Shown: positions 28,195-38,863, numbered from the stretch's first letter. The stretch: DNA of 64,000 nucleotides from Bacteroidota bacterium (GCA_016192075.1 JACPUU010000015.1:39951-103950); one strand, 5' to 3'. Made by a program: numbers and translations. Notes: a model not told the origin generated them from the letters alone.

Positions 28195-29283
28195 ATGAAA
28201 CGTCATTTCCTTTCAGCGTTTTTTATTTTGTCTGCATTCTTTGCCGGTAGTCAGGAGCCTGATCTGGAACTGTCAATAGCCCATGCCCGGAAACTGGCTA
28301 ATTTGCCCCTGCACTGCATTGAAACGGAGTATCCGAATAAACTCAACCAGGTGCTGACTGATTCAACCTTCATTGAATCACCGATTCACCTGCACCCGGT
28401 TTTTTACGGGTGCTTTGACTGGCATTCATCTGTCCACGGCCATTGGCTGCTGGCAAAGGTGATGAACCGGTTTCCTGATTCTGAGATTGCTGCCACCATT
28501 GAGAAGTTATTTGACCGGCAATTCACCCCTGAAAAAGTAGCGGCTGAACTGGCTTATTTTGAACCCAAACTGGAAAAATCATTTGAACGTACCTATGGCT
28601 GGGCTTGGCTTTTGAAACTTTATGCTGAATTAAAATCAGCCAGGGCAGATGTGGATCATAAATGGACTGAGAACCTGGCTCCACTCAACGATTTTATTGT
28701 TGAATCATACAAAGCGTTTCTGCCCAAACTGGTTTACCCGATCCGTTCCGGCGAGCATGTTAATACCGCATTTGGTTTTTCTTTGGCGCTTGATTATGCG
28801 TATGCCGTTCATGATTCGGGTTTTGCTGCATTGCTTTGTCAGCGGTCAGCCGATTTTTTTATGGCAGATAAGAATTGTCCGTTGGAATGGGAACCCGGTG
28901 GATATGATTTTATTTCTCCCTGTTTGCAAGAGGCTGAACTGATGAGTAAAGTGCTTGCGCCGGATAAATTTGAAAAATGGCTGCGTGAATTTTTGCCGGG
29001 GCTGTTCAGCAAAAAATTTACACTTGAACCGGGTAAAGTGGTTGATCGAACCGATGGAAAACTGGTACACCTGGACGGTTTGAATTTTTCACGGGCCTGG
29101 TGTTTTTACCGCCTTGCACAAGTATTGCCCGAACAAAAAACGCTATTCATGAAATTAGGTGATGCCCATGTAAAAACCTCTATGGATTTTGTTGTGGACA
29201 GTGATTATATGGGCAGTCACTGGCTGGCAACATTTTTGGTATATGCGCTTGAAAAAAGGAGTGAAATACCCGGTGTGCAATAA
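28195..29283 (+). CDS. DUF2891-like protein
   Basis: 362 aa with a signal peptide. HPVFYGCFDWHSSVHGHWLLAK and YGWAWLLKL resemble DUF2891 as I remember it. Family assignment is from memory only. Confidence 0.4.
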   Translation: MKRHFLSAFFILSAFFAGSQEPDLELSIAHARKLANLPLHCIETEYPNKLNQVLTDSTFIESPIHLHPVFYGCFDWHSSVHGHWLLAKVMNRFPDSEIAATIEKLFDRQFTPEKVAAELAYFEPKLEKSFERTYGWAWLLKLYAELKSARADVDHKWTENLAPLNDFIVESYKAFLPKLVYPIRSGEHVNTAFGFSLALDYAYAVHDSGFAALLCQRSADFFMADKNCPLEWEPGGYDFISPCLQEAELMSKVLAPDKFEKWLREFLPGLFSKKFTLEPGKVVDRTDGKLVHLDGLNFSRAWCFYRLAQVLPEQKTLFMKLGDAHVKTSMDFVVDSDYMGSHWLATFLVYALEKRSEIPGVQ

Positions 29284-29302
29284 CTGATTTCCAGATAAAA
29301 CT

Positions 29303-30379
29303 ATGTTAGAATTTTTCTTAAAAAATCTTCCTCAAAAAATGGAAGGGGAGCAGGTAGTCAGAACCGAGCCCTGCAGATCATGCGGTGAAACAAAGGGAAT
29401 CAAAATCAGCAACGTTGATTACTGGGACCTTAAACACACAGCCATTGCCAAATGCATTACCTGTGGCACCGCACAGCTTGATCCAATGCTTTCAGAGCAT
29501 GAAACGGCAAAGGGCTGCCTGGCCTATTACATTGAAGAGTCGTTGCGCAGCTCAGTTGACGAACAGAAAAAAAATGCCCTGCGAAATTTCAGACGAGGTG
29601 TTCACTTTGCCTATTCTATCCGAAAAATGAAACGCAACCCAATTGAAATTCTGGAACTGGGTCCGGGGTCCGGTTATTTTCTGCAGGGCATCCAATTTGT
29701 TTTTCCACAGGTTAAAATAACTGTGCTGGATGTAAACCGCGAGGTGCTGGATTTCAACAGCGCGCAACACGGTTATGCCACCATTCAGGCTACACCTGAG
29801 CATACCCTGGATGAATTAAAAAACCGTTTTGATTTAATTATTGCACGTGATATTATAGAGCATGTGACCGATATTGGTTCAGTGATCAAAAATGTTTATG
29901 CCTGGCTGAAACCCGGCGGACTTTTTCATTTTATTACGCCCAACGGGCACGAAGACGCATGGCGGTTTTACATCCGGTACAAAGCAAAAAAAGAAACATC
30001 TGAATTGCTGATTAACCATGTAAATTATTTTGACGGAAATGGGCTGGCAGAACATCTTTTTCGTGAAAAATTTACGGAAGTAGATTACTATACCTATAAG
30101 TTAAAAACCGCATTCAGGGGCCGTGGCAGGAAAATGAAAACCAAACTCATGGCACCGGTATCGCAAAAGCGAAATGCTGATTTTTACATCACAAAAAAAA
30201 TAGGGGAGGTACGGGAAATTCAATTGAATAAGCAGGATATTCTGAACAAATGGTATCTGAAACCAGGCCGTCAAAATGCCGCGCGGTTTATATGCTGGTA
30301 TAAACATGCTGAATGGATAAAAGTTGATCCAAGAATCAATGTAGGGCATGAAATTTACGGTGTATTTGAGAAAAAATAA
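29303..30379 (+). CDS. class I SAM-dependent methyltransferase with N-terminal 4-Cys zinc ribbon
   Basis: 358 aa. CRSCG...CITCG ribbon, SAM motif I ILELGPGSGYF, and post-I/II motifs IIARDIIEHV and LKPGGLFHFITPN. Confidence 0.7.
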   Translation: MLEFFLKNLPQKMEGEQVVRTEPCRSCGETKGIKISNVDYWDLKHTAIAKCITCGTAQLDPMLSEHETAKGCLAYYIEESLRSSVDEQKKNALRNFRRGVHFAYSIRKMKRNPIEILELGPGSGYFLQGIQFVFPQVKITVLDVNREVLDFNSAQHGYATIQATPEHTLDELKNRFDLIIARDIIEHVTDIGSVIKNVYAWLKPGGLFHFITPNGHEDAWRFYIRYKAKKETSELLINHVNYFDGNGLAEHLFREKFTEVDYYTYKLKTAFRGRGRKMKTKLMAPVSQKRNADFYITKKIGEVREIQLNKQDILNKWYLKPGRQNAARFICWYKHAEWIKVDPRINVGHEIYGVFEKK

Positions 30380-30516
30380 ATCTGTTTCAAAACCTCACAT
30401 TCAGGCCGGCGAATAATCAGGCAGCTGGCGCGGATACTAAACCACCGTTGTTTTAAGGCTTTTTGGTGCTGGATTTTAGCCGTGTTTTGAGCACCTTTCT
30501 GTAAAAATCAACCGGT

Positions 30517-31098
30517 ATGAAAGGAGTTTTTTTGGCAAGTATGCTGTGGATTGTTGCCGCTTTTGGATACAGCCTCATGAATCAGCCTGAAACAGACGTT
30601 GCCGAAATTGAATTTGACGTTGCCTATTTGTCAGACGGGTTTGATTTCCCGGTTGGGATACCAGATGCCGCCGGCTATTACAACGCACAGGGTTTTGGTA
30701 AAAACAACCACCTGGGTGATGACTGGAATGCAAATACCGGCGGAAATACAGACCTGGGTGATCCGGTGTTTGCCGTATCAAACGGGTATGTAAAAAATGC
30801 AGAAGACATACGGGGAGGTTGGGGCAACGTGATCCGGATTTTACATAAACTCCCCAACGGCGAAATGGTGGAGTCACTCTATGCACATTGTGATACCGTG
30901 CTGGTAAAACAAGGGGATTGGGTAAAGCGTGGAGACCCGGTTGGAACAATTGGTACAGCACATGGCATTTATTACGCACACCTGCATTTTGAAATGCGCA
31001 GCAATACCACAATGGGTATAGGAGGCGGTTATTCTGCAAATCAAACAGGTTATCTTGACCCGACTGAATTTATAAACGAACACCGCAGTTTTCGTTAA
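30517..31098 (+). CDS. M23 family metallopeptidase
   Basis: 193 aa with a signal peptide. HLGDDW (HxxxD) and YAHLHFEMR (HxH) motifs. Confidence 0.8.
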   Translation: MKGVFLASMLWIVAAFGYSLMNQPETDVAEIEFDVAYLSDGFDFPVGIPDAAGYYNAQGFGKNNHLGDDWNANTGGNTDLGDPVFAVSNGYVKNAEDIRGGWGNVIRILHKLPNGEMVESLYAHCDTVLVKQGDWVKRGDPVGTIGTAHGIYYAHLHFEMRSNTTMGIGGGYSANQTGYLDPTEFINEHRSFR

Positions 31099-31117
31099 AA
31101 GGAGTTGCGGGCAGTTA

Positions 31118-32170
31118 TTAGCCCTTGTAATGCGCTTCGTAGTATTTCTGATAATCGCCTGATGTAACAGCATTCACCCAGGTTTCGTTACTGAGGTACC
31201 AGTCAACCGTTTTTTCAAGTCCCGCTTCAAACTGAATGGTGGGAGTCCAGCCCAGTTCATTTTTGATTTTGGTTGCATCAATGGCGTAGCGGAGATCATG
31301 CCCGGCGCGATCAGTCACGTATGTAATTAATTTTTCAGATTCTCCGGCGGGACGGTTTAATTTCTGATCCATTATCCGGCAGAGGTGTTTAACAAGTGCA
31401 ATGTTGGTCCACTCATTCCACCCGCCGATGTTGTATGTTTCACCAATTTTTCCAAGATGAAAAACGGTGTCAATGGCACGCGCATGATCTTCTACCCACA
31501 GCCAGTCGCGCACATTTTCACCTTTGCCGTAAACAGGCAGTGGCTTATTGTGCCGGATGTTGTTAATCATTAGCGGAATCAGTTTTTCAGGGAACTGGTG
31601 CGATCCGTAATTGTTGGAGCAATTGGACAGTTTGACCGGCAATTTGTAGGTATGATGATAGGCTCTTACCAGGTGATCTGAACTTGCTTTGGATGCCGAA
31701 TAAGGGCTGCGTGGGTCATACGCTGTTTTCTCTGTAAAAAAACCCTCTGCTCCGAGTGATCCGTAAACCTCGTCGGTTGAAACGTGATAAAAAAGGTGAT
31801 GTTGATCTGACCATGAACTGCGGGCAACCTCAAGCAGGTTTGCAGTGCCAACAATGTTGGTCATAATAAATTCCATTGGGCCCGAAATAGATCTGTCTAC
31901 GTGTGATTCGGCTGCCAGATGTATAACGTCGGTAATATTTTTTTCAAGAAAAATTTTTGTCAGAAAAGGTTTGTCCTGAATATCGCCTTTAATGAATTCA
32001 TAGTTTGGTGCTTTTTCAATATCGCCTACGTTCTCCAGGTTTCCGGCATAGGTTAATTTGTCCAGGTTTACGATTTTATAATGCGGGTACTTGGTCACAA
32101 ATAAGCGCACTACGTGAGAGCCTATAAAGCCCGCACCGCCGGTTATTAATAAGGTTCTGTTGTGTGGCAT
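31118..32170 (-). CDS. rfbB: dTDP-glucose 4,6-dehydratase
   Basis: LLITGGAGFIGSHVV, VSTDEVYG, YSASKASSDH (YxxxK) and VTDRAGHDLRYAID. ATG 32170 is preferred over TTG 32176. Confidence 0.9.
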   Translation of the reverse strand: MPHNRTLLITGGAGFIGSHVVRLFVTKYPHYKIVNLDKLTYAGNLENVGDIEKAPNYEFIKGDIQDKPFLTKIFLEKNITDVIHLAAESHVDRSISGPMEFIMTNIVGTANLLEVARSSWSDQHHLFYHVSTDEVYGSLGAEGFFTEKTAYDPRSPYSASKASSDHLVRAYHHTYKLPVKLSNCSNNYGSHQFPEKLIPLMINNIRHNKPLPVYGKGENVRDWLWVEDHARAIDTVFHLGKIGETYNIGGWNEWTNIALVKHLCRIMDQKLNRPAGESEKLITYVTDRAGHDLRYAIDATKIKNELGWTPTIQFEAGLEKTVDWYLSNETWVNAVTSGDYQKYYEAHYKG

Positions 32171-32191
32171 ATCCAAAATATTTCGGCACCT

Positions 32192-32316
32192 CCGGCTTCA
32201 GCTACGCTCAGCAGTCGGTTCATGTTTTTAAACCATTACAAAAACAGGACTCTGTATTCCTGTCCAGGTTTTCAGGATGATTCAGAAACGGTGGTTGAGC
32301 GGAGTCGAAACCACCG
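32192..32316. repeat. three hairpins in the 146-nt rfbB-upstream spacer; the outer two are related GC-rich elements in inverted orientation
   Basis: A: CCGGCT-N15-AGTCGG (32192-32218). C: ACAGGA-N8-TCCTGT (32244-32263). B: CGGTGGTT-N12-AACCACCG (32289-32316). A and the reverse complement of B share the pattern GG.TTC...C..CGCTCA.C...C.GTT. On the minus strand B is followed by TTTC and sits 7 nt after the upstream stop, so it may act as a terminator. Confidence 0.6.
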
Positions 32317-32322
32317 CTTTAA

Positions 32323-33624
32323 TTACAATGACCAATAATCAATCCCCTTAATCTTTCCTTTATAAATTCCTTTCAGGTCAACAATCAATCCCTGATCTCC
32401 TTTCAGCATTTTTTTGAAATCAGTTTCTGTAAAGGCACTGTATTCTTTATGGTTTACGGCAATAATAATGGCGTCGTAATCGTTTGTGGGTTTTTCGCAA
32501 AGTGAAAAGCCGTACTCATGTTTCAGTTCGGCAGAATCAGCGTGTGGATCGATTACATCAACCTTGCATGCAAACGATTCAAGTTCTGAAATAACGTTTA
32601 CCACTTTGGAGTTACGAATGTCTGATACATCTTCTTTAAACGTAGCGCCCATAATGAGCACTTTTGATTCCATCGGGTTTTTTCCGTGACCAATCATTTT
32701 TTTTACGGTTTGTTTACCCACGTAGAATCCCATGGAATCATTTACGTAACGGCCTGAATTGATAATTTTGGCGTGGTAACCCAGTTGTTTGGCTTTGTGC
32801 GTAAGGTAATATGGATCTACACCAATACAATGTCCGCCAACGAGGCCTGGCTGAAATTTCAAAAAATTCCATTTTGTACCGGCAGCTTCCAGTACATCGT
32901 AGGTGTTAATTCCAAGACGATTAAAAATGATGGAAAGTTCATTGATCAGTGCAATGTTTACGTCACGCTGCGTGTTTTCAATAATTTTAGCAGCCTCAGC
33001 CACTTTAATAGAGGCAGCACGGTGAACACCGGCCGCAACAACCAGTTCATATACTTTGGCAACCTGTTCGGCTGATTCAGCATCACAACCTGAAGTTACT
33101 TTAACAATGGATGAAAGGGTATGAAGTTTGTCACCCGGGTTTATACGTTCAGGTGAATAACCTACTTTAAAATCAGCCGGAAATTTTAAGCCTGACTCTG
33201 CCTCCAGTACCGGAATACAATCTTCTTCTGTACAGCCCGGATAAACGGTTGACTCATACACCACATAATCTCCTTTTTTAAGTACTTTACCTACCGTTCT
33301 GCTTGCTCCAATAAGCGGGGTCAGGTCGGGCAGATTACTAGAATCAATAGGAGTTGGAACAGCCACAATAAAGAATGTGACATCTTTCATGTCATGAATA
33401 TTTGCGGTAAACTCAATATCGCAGCCATCAAAGGCTGACGCTTCGAGTTCGTTGCTAGGGTCAATTTTATTTTTCATCATATCAACGCGTTTTGCATTGA
33501 TGTCAAATCCCACAACTTTTATTTTTTTTGCAAATTCCAGTGCAATTGGCAAACCAACATATCCTAAGCCAATTACAGCTAATTTGGTTTCTTTTTTTAC
33601 CAGTTTTTCGTAAATGCTGCTCAT
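32323..33624 (-). CDS. UDP-N-acetyl-hexosamine 6-dehydrogenase (WbpA/TviB/Cap5O-type nucleotide-sugar dehydrogenase)
   Basis: 433 aa. KLAVIGLGYVGLPIALEF Rossmann motif and the catalytic GGHCIGVDP segment. The size and N-terminus are typical of the UDP-GlcNAc/ManNAc dehydrogenase branch rather than Ugd. Confidence 0.7.
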   Translation of the reverse strand: MSSIYEKLVKKETKLAVIGLGYVGLPIALEFAKKIKVVGFDINAKRVDMMKNKIDPSNELEASAFDGCDIEFTANIHDMKDVTFFIVAVPTPIDSSNLPDLTPLIGASRTVGKVLKKGDYVVYESTVYPGCTEEDCIPVLEAESGLKFPADFKVGYSPERINPGDKLHTLSSIVKVTSGCDAESAEQVAKVYELVVAAGVHRAASIKVAEAAKIIENTQRDVNIALINELSIIFNRLGINTYDVLEAAGTKWNFLKFQPGLVGGHCIGVDPYYLTHKAKQLGYHAKIINSGRYVNDSMGFYVGKQTVKKMIGHGKNPMESKVLIMGATFKEDVSDIRNSKVVNVISELESFACKVDVIDPHADSAELKHEYGFSLCEKPTNDYDAIIIAVNHKEYSAFTETDFKKMLKGDQGLIVDLKGIYKGKIKGIDYWSL

Positions 33625-33655
33625 GCTAAACTTTCGTTAAATATTAGTATAAATT

Positions 33656-34726
33656 CTATCCGTTATTTTTTTCTTTCCCTTCTTTTGTCAGGGCTGGTTT
33701 TTGCTGATCACGTATTTCATAAATACGCTGAATGATTTCAACTACTTTCAGTCCTTCAAGCGCATTGGTGGTTGGTTGTGTTCTGTTTTTAAGAGAGTCA
33801 ACCACGTTTTCAATAATGTGATGGTGATTGGCTGCAGATCCTTTGTAAGCGCCATAATCATTGGCCGGGTTTGAAGGGCGAAGCACCGGCATGGTGTAAT
33901 CTTTAATGTGGCAAACTTCAATTTCATTCATGTATTGTCCGCCAATTTTTACACTTCCGTTTTTACCAATAATCGTCATGGAGCTTTCCAGGTTGGTATC
34001 AAAAACAGAAGTGGAATAGTTAATAGCACCCATTCCGCCATTTACAAAATCAAAACTGACAAAACCAGAGTCTTCAAAATCAGTTGAGTCTTTGTGCGTA
34101 AAGTCTGCAAATTTTCCCTGTATGTTGGTAATGTCTCCAAACAACCAGTACATAATATCAATGAAGTGTGAGAATTGGGTGAACAGTGTTCCGCCATCCA
34201 GATCCTGTGTTCCTTTCCAGCCTCCTTTTTTGTAATAGCGGTCATCACGGTTCCAGTAGCAGTTAAGCTGAACCATAAAGATGTCACCCAATAATTTATT
34301 TGAGATCACTTCTTTGATCCATTCAGAAGGAGGTGAATAGCGGTTTTGCATCACACAAAAAACCTGTTTGGATTGCTGAAGTGCCGTGTAAATAACTTTC
34401 TCACACTGGTCTTTTGTAAGTCCCATTGGTTTTTCACACACCACATGGTGACCCGCCTGTAACGCCTTTATTGATTGCTCAGCATGAACGCCATTGGGTG
34501 TGCAGATATTAACCACATCATATTCCAGGTTACTTAAAAGCAGTTCTTCGACTGATTGGAAGAATGGAATGCCCTCAAATTCATCCAGCCCGCATTCTGC
34601 TTTTGGCTGCGAATCTACCAGAGCCACCAGCTGTGATTCTTCATTGCGGCTGATCATTGTTGCATGACGTTTACCAATGTGGCCGCAGCCAACTACGGCA
34701 AATCGTATTTTTTTTAAATCTCCCAT
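33656..34726 (-). CDS. Gfo/Idh/MocA-family oxidoreductase (WbpB-like)
   Basis: 356 aa. IRFAVVGCGHIGKRHA and HVVCEKPM motifs. Context lies between WbpA-like and WbpD-like genes. Confidence 0.65.
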   Translation of the reverse strand: MGDLKKIRFAVVGCGHIGKRHATMISRNEESQLVALVDSQPKAECGLDEFEGIPFFQSVEELLLSNLEYDVVNICTPNGVHAEQSIKALQAGHHVVCEKPMGLTKDQCEKVIYTALQQSKQVFCVMQNRYSPPSEWIKEVISNKLLGDIFMVQLNCYWNRDDRYYKKGGWKGTQDLDGGTLFTQFSHFIDIMYWLFGDITNIQGKFADFTHKDSTDFEDSGFVSFDFVNGGMGAINYSTSVFDTNLESSMTIIGKNGSVKIGGQYMNEIEVCHIKDYTMPVLRPSNPANDYGAYKGSAANHHHIIENVVDSLKNRTQPTTNALEGLKVVEIIQRIYEIRDQQKPALTKEGKEKNNG

Positions 34727-35310
34727 TACTGTATACGGGTTACTTTGTTATTTTCTAATTTATATACTTCACCACTTTCAGGACAGGTAGCCATACCATC
34801 CTTAAACTCCAGCCGGTGACCATAACTGCTCATCCAGCCGATTTGTTTTGCAGGGTTACCAACAAGCAATGCATAAGCCGGCACCTCTTTGGTAACAACT
34901 GCCCCGGCGCCAATAAACGCATATTCTCCAATCGGATTTCCACACACAATTGTTGCGTTGGCTCCAATGGACGCACCCTTTTTTACGAGTGTTCGCAGAT
35001 ATTGGTTTCGGCGGTTAACTGCGCTGCGCGGATTCATGACATTTGTAAACACCATGGACGGGCCTAAAAAAACGTCGTCTTCACAAATAACACCGGTGTA
35101 AATAGAAACGTTGTTTTGCACCTTTACATTGTTGCCCAGTACCACATCCGGTGAAACCACCACATTTTGACCAATGTTACAGTTTTCGCCGATTTTACAG
35201 TGAGGCATAATGTGTGAAAAATGCCAGATTTTGGTCCCTTTTCCAATTTCACATCCCTCATCTACAATGGCTGTTTCATGTACAAAAAATTCTTTTTTTT
35301 CTTCAGACAT
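34726..35310 (-). CDS. hexapeptide-repeat N-acetyltransferase (WbpD-like)
   Basis: 194 aa. Left-handed beta-helix repeats ([36 protein letters not shown]). Its TAATG stop/start overlaps the downstream gene. Confidence 0.7.
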   Translation of the reverse strand: MSEEKKEFFVHETAIVDEGCEIGKGTKIWHFSHIMPHCKIGENCNIGQNVVVSPDVVLGNNVKVQNNVSIYTGVICEDDVFLGPSMVFTNVMNPRSAVNRRNQYLRTLVKKGASIGANATIVCGNPIGEYAFIGAGAVVTKEVPAYALLVGNPAKQIGWMSSYGHRLEFKDGMATCPESGEVYKLENNKVTRIQ

Positions 35311-35319
35311 TTTACGCTC

Positions 35320-36315
35320 TTATTTGATGATGTATTTGTCAAAATTATAATGATCAATCTCTTTAAGCTCGTCAGGTGATAAGCTCTTAAAATAAGCCAG
35401 TGTTTTTTTCAACCCTTCGGCTCTGCTTACTTTTGGTTCCCAGCCTAAAAGTTCACGGGCTTTTGTAATATCAGGCTGACGCTGCTTAGGGTCATTTTCC
35501 GGCAGTGGACGATACACAATTTTTTGGCTGGTACCGGTCAGTTTAATAATTTCTTCAGCAAAATCTTTAATGGTTATTTCGTCCGGATTGCCAATGTTAA
35601 CCGGCAGGTAGTAGTTGGTATGCAGCAGTCTGAAAATACCCTCAACCAGGTCATCTACATAACAGAATGATCGTGTTTGCATGCCATCACCGAAAATGGT
35701 GAGATCTTCACCGCGCAGGGCCTGCCCGATAAAAGCAGGCAGTACACGACCGTCATTCAGCCGCATGCGCGGACCATAGGTATTGAAAATACGCACAATG
35801 CGCGTTTCCAGGCCGTGAAAATTGTGATAGGCCATTACCATAGCTTCCTGAAAGCGTTTGGCCTCATCGTAAACACCGCGCGGACCAATCGGATTTACAT
35901 GCCCCCAGTAATCTTCTGTCTGTGGGTGTATCTGCGGGTCACCATATACCTCAGAGGTAGATGCAATCATCAGCGTGGCATTTTTTGCTTTGGCAAGTCC
36001 CAGGCAATTATGAATACCCAACGACCCGACTTTCAGTGTTTGGATCGGAATTTTTAAATAGTCAATTGGGCTGGCCGGTGAAGCAAAATGAAGTATGTAA
36101 TCAAGCTTACCTGGTATGTGAATAAACTTGGTTACATCGTGATGGTAAAATTCAAAATTTTCAAGCGGAAAAAGATGTTCAATGTTTTTGAGACGACCGG
36201 TAATCAGGTTGTCCATAGCAATGACATAAAAGTCTTCTTTTACAAAACGATCACAAAGGTGTGATCCTAAAAATCCGGCTGCACCGGTAATCAATATACG
36301 TTTACGGTCTTTCAT
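35320..36315 (-). CDS. uxs: UDP-glucuronate decarboxylase (UDP-xylose synthase)
   Basis: 331 aa. [36 protein letters not shown] and a [10 protein letters not shown] segment. Confidence 0.85.
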   Translation of the reverse strand: MKDRKRILITGAAGFLGSHLCDRFVKEDFYVIAMDNLITGRLKNIEHLFPLENFEFYHHDVTKFIHIPGKLDYILHFASPASPIDYLKIPIQTLKVGSLGIHNCLGLAKAKNATLMIASTSEVYGDPQIHPQTEDYWGHVNPIGPRGVYDEAKRFQEAMVMAYHNFHGLETRIVRIFNTYGPRMRLNDGRVLPAFIGQALRGEDLTIFGDGMQTRSFCYVDDLVEGIFRLLHTNYYLPVNIGNPDEITIKDFAEEIIKLTGTSQKIVYRPLPENDPKQRQPDITKARELLGWEPKVSRAEGLKKTLAYFKSLSPDELKEIDHYNFDKYIIK

Positions 36316-37628
36316 TTGGGAAGAATGGTTTTACGCCCTATACTTTCGTAATAAAAGCCTTTGTCTTTCATTTCATCCAGCTCAAATAAATTTCTTCCGT
36401 CAAAAATTAACGGCTCTTTCAGGCTGGCTTTCATTTTATCAAAATCAGGATTCCTGAACGCTGACCATTCGGTGGCAATGAGTAAACCGTCGGCGTTTTT
36501 TAACGCATCGTATTGATTGGCTGAAAACTCTATTTTGGTTCCGTAAACTGCTTTAACGTTTTCCATGGCCTCAGGGTCGTAGGCCACTACGGTAGCGCCT
36601 TTTGCCAAAAGAACATCAATCATGTACAGGGCAGGTGCTTCACGAATATCATCGGTATCGGGTTTAAACGCAAGGCCCCAGATTGCCAGTTTTTTTCCGT
36701 TCAGGCTGCCAAAGTAATTTTCTGCTTTTTCAATCAGCCTTATTTTTTGTCCTTCGTTTACTTTCAATACGGCATCAATGATCTGAAAATCATGTCCAAC
36801 TTCTTTTCCTGATTTTACAAGGGCCTGAACATCTTTTGGAAAACAACTGCCGCCAAACCCGATGCCCGGAAATAAGAACCGTTTTCCAATGCGTGAATCG
36901 GAACCAATTCCAATACGAACGTCATCAACATCAGCGCCAACTTTTTCACAAAAATTGGCAATCTCATTCATGAACGTGATTTTAGTTGCCAGGAATGAAT
37001 TAGCAGCATACTTGGTCAGTTCGGCTGATCGTTCATCCATAAAAATAATGGGGTTGCCCTGCCGCACAAAAGGTTTGTATAACTCACGCATCACATTGCG
37101 CGCGCGTTCAGAACTCACGCCAATAACAACACGGTCAGGCTTTAAAAAATCATCAACAGCAAAACCTTCACGTAAAAATTCAGGGTTAGAAACCACATCA
37201 AATTCTACCTTGGCATACTGGGCAATCTTTGCGCGTACTTTATCAGCAGTGCCTACCGGAACGGTAGATTTGTCGACAATAACTTTATACGATTTTATTT
37301 TTTTTCCCAGTTCTTCGGCCACACCCAAAACATAACGCAAATCAGCAGAACCATCTTCGCCGGGTGGTGTAGGAAGCGCCAGAAAAATAATTTCAGCATC
37401 TGCAATGGCTTCATCCAGGCTGGTTGTAAAAGTGAGCCGTTTGTCACGGATGTTGCGTTCAAAAAGAATGTCAAGGTGCGGTTCATAAATGGGCACTTCA
37501 CCGCTGCGCATGCGGTCAACTTTTTTTTCATCAATGTCTACACAAATAACATTGTTTCCTGTCTCCGCAAAACACGTTCCGGTTACAAGACCAACATAAC
37601 CTGTACCCACTACCGCAATTCGTTTCAT
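36312..37628 (-). CDS. ugd: UDP-glucose 6-dehydrogenase
   Basis: 438 aa. [19 protein letters not shown] and [11 protein letters not shown] with the catalytic Cys. ATGA overlap with uxs. Confidence 0.9.
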   Translation of the reverse strand: MKRIAVVGTGYVGLVTGTCFAETGNNVICVDIDEKKVDRMRSGEVPIYEPHLDILFERNIRDKRLTFTTSLDEAIADAEIIFLALPTPPGEDGSADLRYVLGVAEELGKKIKSYKVIVDKSTVPVGTADKVRAKIAQYAKVEFDVVSNPEFLREGFAVDDFLKPDRVVIGVSSERARNVMRELYKPFVRQGNPIIFMDERSAELTKYAANSFLATKITFMNEIANFCEKVGADVDDVRIGIGSDSRIGKRFLFPGIGFGGSCFPKDVQALVKSGKEVGHDFQIIDAVLKVNEGQKIRLIEKAENYFGSLNGKKLAIWGLAFKPDTDDIREAPALYMIDVLLAKGATVVAYDPEAMENVKAVYGTKIEFSANQYDALKNADGLLIATEWSAFRNPDFDKMKASLKEPLIFDGRNLFELDEMKDKGFYYESIGRKTILPK

Positions 37629-37635
37629 GCTGTAA

Positions 37636-38766
37636 TTATTTGGTAAGATATTCTTTTACAGATGTGCAGATCAGCGCAAGCTGGTCATCTGTCAGTTCAG
37701 TATGCATGGGTAATGAAATCACCGTTTTACAAAGGGCATTGGTTACCGGAAAATCAGCATCGTTGAAACGTTCAGGACCGTATGCCTTTTGGGTATGAAT
37801 CGGCACAGGGTAATAAATCATGGCTGGTACACCCCGCTGCTGAAGATATTCCTGCATTTCAAATTGATTAACACCATCAATTCTGAGGGTGTATTGATGA
37901 AAAACATGGGTTGAGTTTTTAGCCCGGGCCGGAATGTGAACGCCTGGTATTTGTTTGAAAAAATTATCGTAATGCGCAGCTGCTCTGTTGCGGCTGGCGG
38001 CATACTGATCCAGGTGTTTTAATTTAATTTTAAGAATGGCAGCCTGAATAGAATCTAACCGTGAGTTTACACCAATACGTTCATAGTAATAACGCTGTCC
38101 CATGCCGTGGTTTACGATTGAGCGCATTAAAGCGGCCAGTTCGTCGTTATTGGTATACATGGCTCCGCCATCACCGTAACAACCTAAATTTTTGGATGGA
38201 AAGAAAGAAGTTGTTCCAATATCACCCATGCAGCCCGCCTTTACTTTTTTGCCATCACTGAATGTGTATTCGGCGCCAATTGCCTGTGCCGTGTCTTCTA
38301 CAACAGCAATGTTATGTTCTTTAGCCAGTTTCAGAATAGACTCCATGTCAGCACACTGCCCAAACAAGTGAACCGGAATAATGGCTTTTGTTTTTGGTGT
38401 AATTGCTTTACGAATGGCATCTACTGAAATGTTGAAGGTGTCCTTATCCACATCTACAATAACCGGAACAAGGTTGAGGAGGCCAACCACCTCTACGGTT
38501 GCAGCAAATGTAAAGTCAGATGTAATGACTTCATCACCAGGTTTCAGGCCCAGTGCCATCAATGCAATCTGAATTGCATCGGTTCCGTTTGCACAGGGAA
38601 TAACGTGTTTAACCCCCAAGTAATTTTCAAGTGCTGTCTGAAATTCTTTTACTTCGGGTCCGTTGATAAATGCTGACGTTTGGATAACATGCTGTATGGC
38701 CTGATCGACGTCAGATTTAATGGCTTCGTATTGACCTGACAGGTCAACCATTTGAATTCGCTTCAT
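37636..38766 (-). CDS. DegT/DnrJ/EryC1/StrS-family aminotransferase (WbpE-like)
   Basis: The N-terminus MKRIQMVDLSGQY is typical of the family. SFFPSKNLG contains the PLP lysine. ATG 38766 is preferred over TTG 38790. Confidence 0.8.
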   Translation of the reverse strand: MKRIQMVDLSGQYEAIKSDVDQAIQHVIQTSAFINGPEVKEFQTALENYLGVKHVIPCANGTDAIQIALMALGLKPGDEVITSDFTFAATVEVVGLLNLVPVIVDVDKDTFNISVDAIRKAITPKTKAIIPVHLFGQCADMESILKLAKEHNIAVVEDTAQAIGAEYTFSDGKKVKAGCMGDIGTTSFFPSKNLGCYGDGGAMYTNNDELAALMRSIVNHGMGQRYYYERIGVNSRLDSIQAAILKIKLKHLDQYAASRNRAAAHYDNFFKQIPGVHIPARAKNSTHVFHQYTLRIDGVNQFEMQEYLQQRGVPAMIYYPVPIHTQKAYGPERFNDADFPVTNALCKTVISLPMHTELTDDQLALICTSVKEYLTK

Positions 38767-38851
38767 TTTATGTGTGTTCGTTTTTGTCAAAATAATTTGC
38801 GAATATAACCAATAATAAGCGCTTATGACCGTTTATATGGGCAGGTTTTTT

Positions 38852-38859
38852 TAAGTTTG
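38852..38859 (+). promoter_or_regulatory. putative -7 box (TAAGTTTG) only 4 nt upstream of the start codon
   Basis: Matches TAnnTTTG and is followed by CATC-ATG (38864). Confidence 0.3.
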
Positions 38860-38863
38860 CATC

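Noticed and set aside
32289-32316. tRNA-like fragment (GGTTTCGACTCC on the minus strand resembles a T-arm).
   Set aside because: The loop is one nucleotide too long, the flanks form no acceptor, anticodon or D arms, and the sequence is explained better as a simple 8-bp hairpin.
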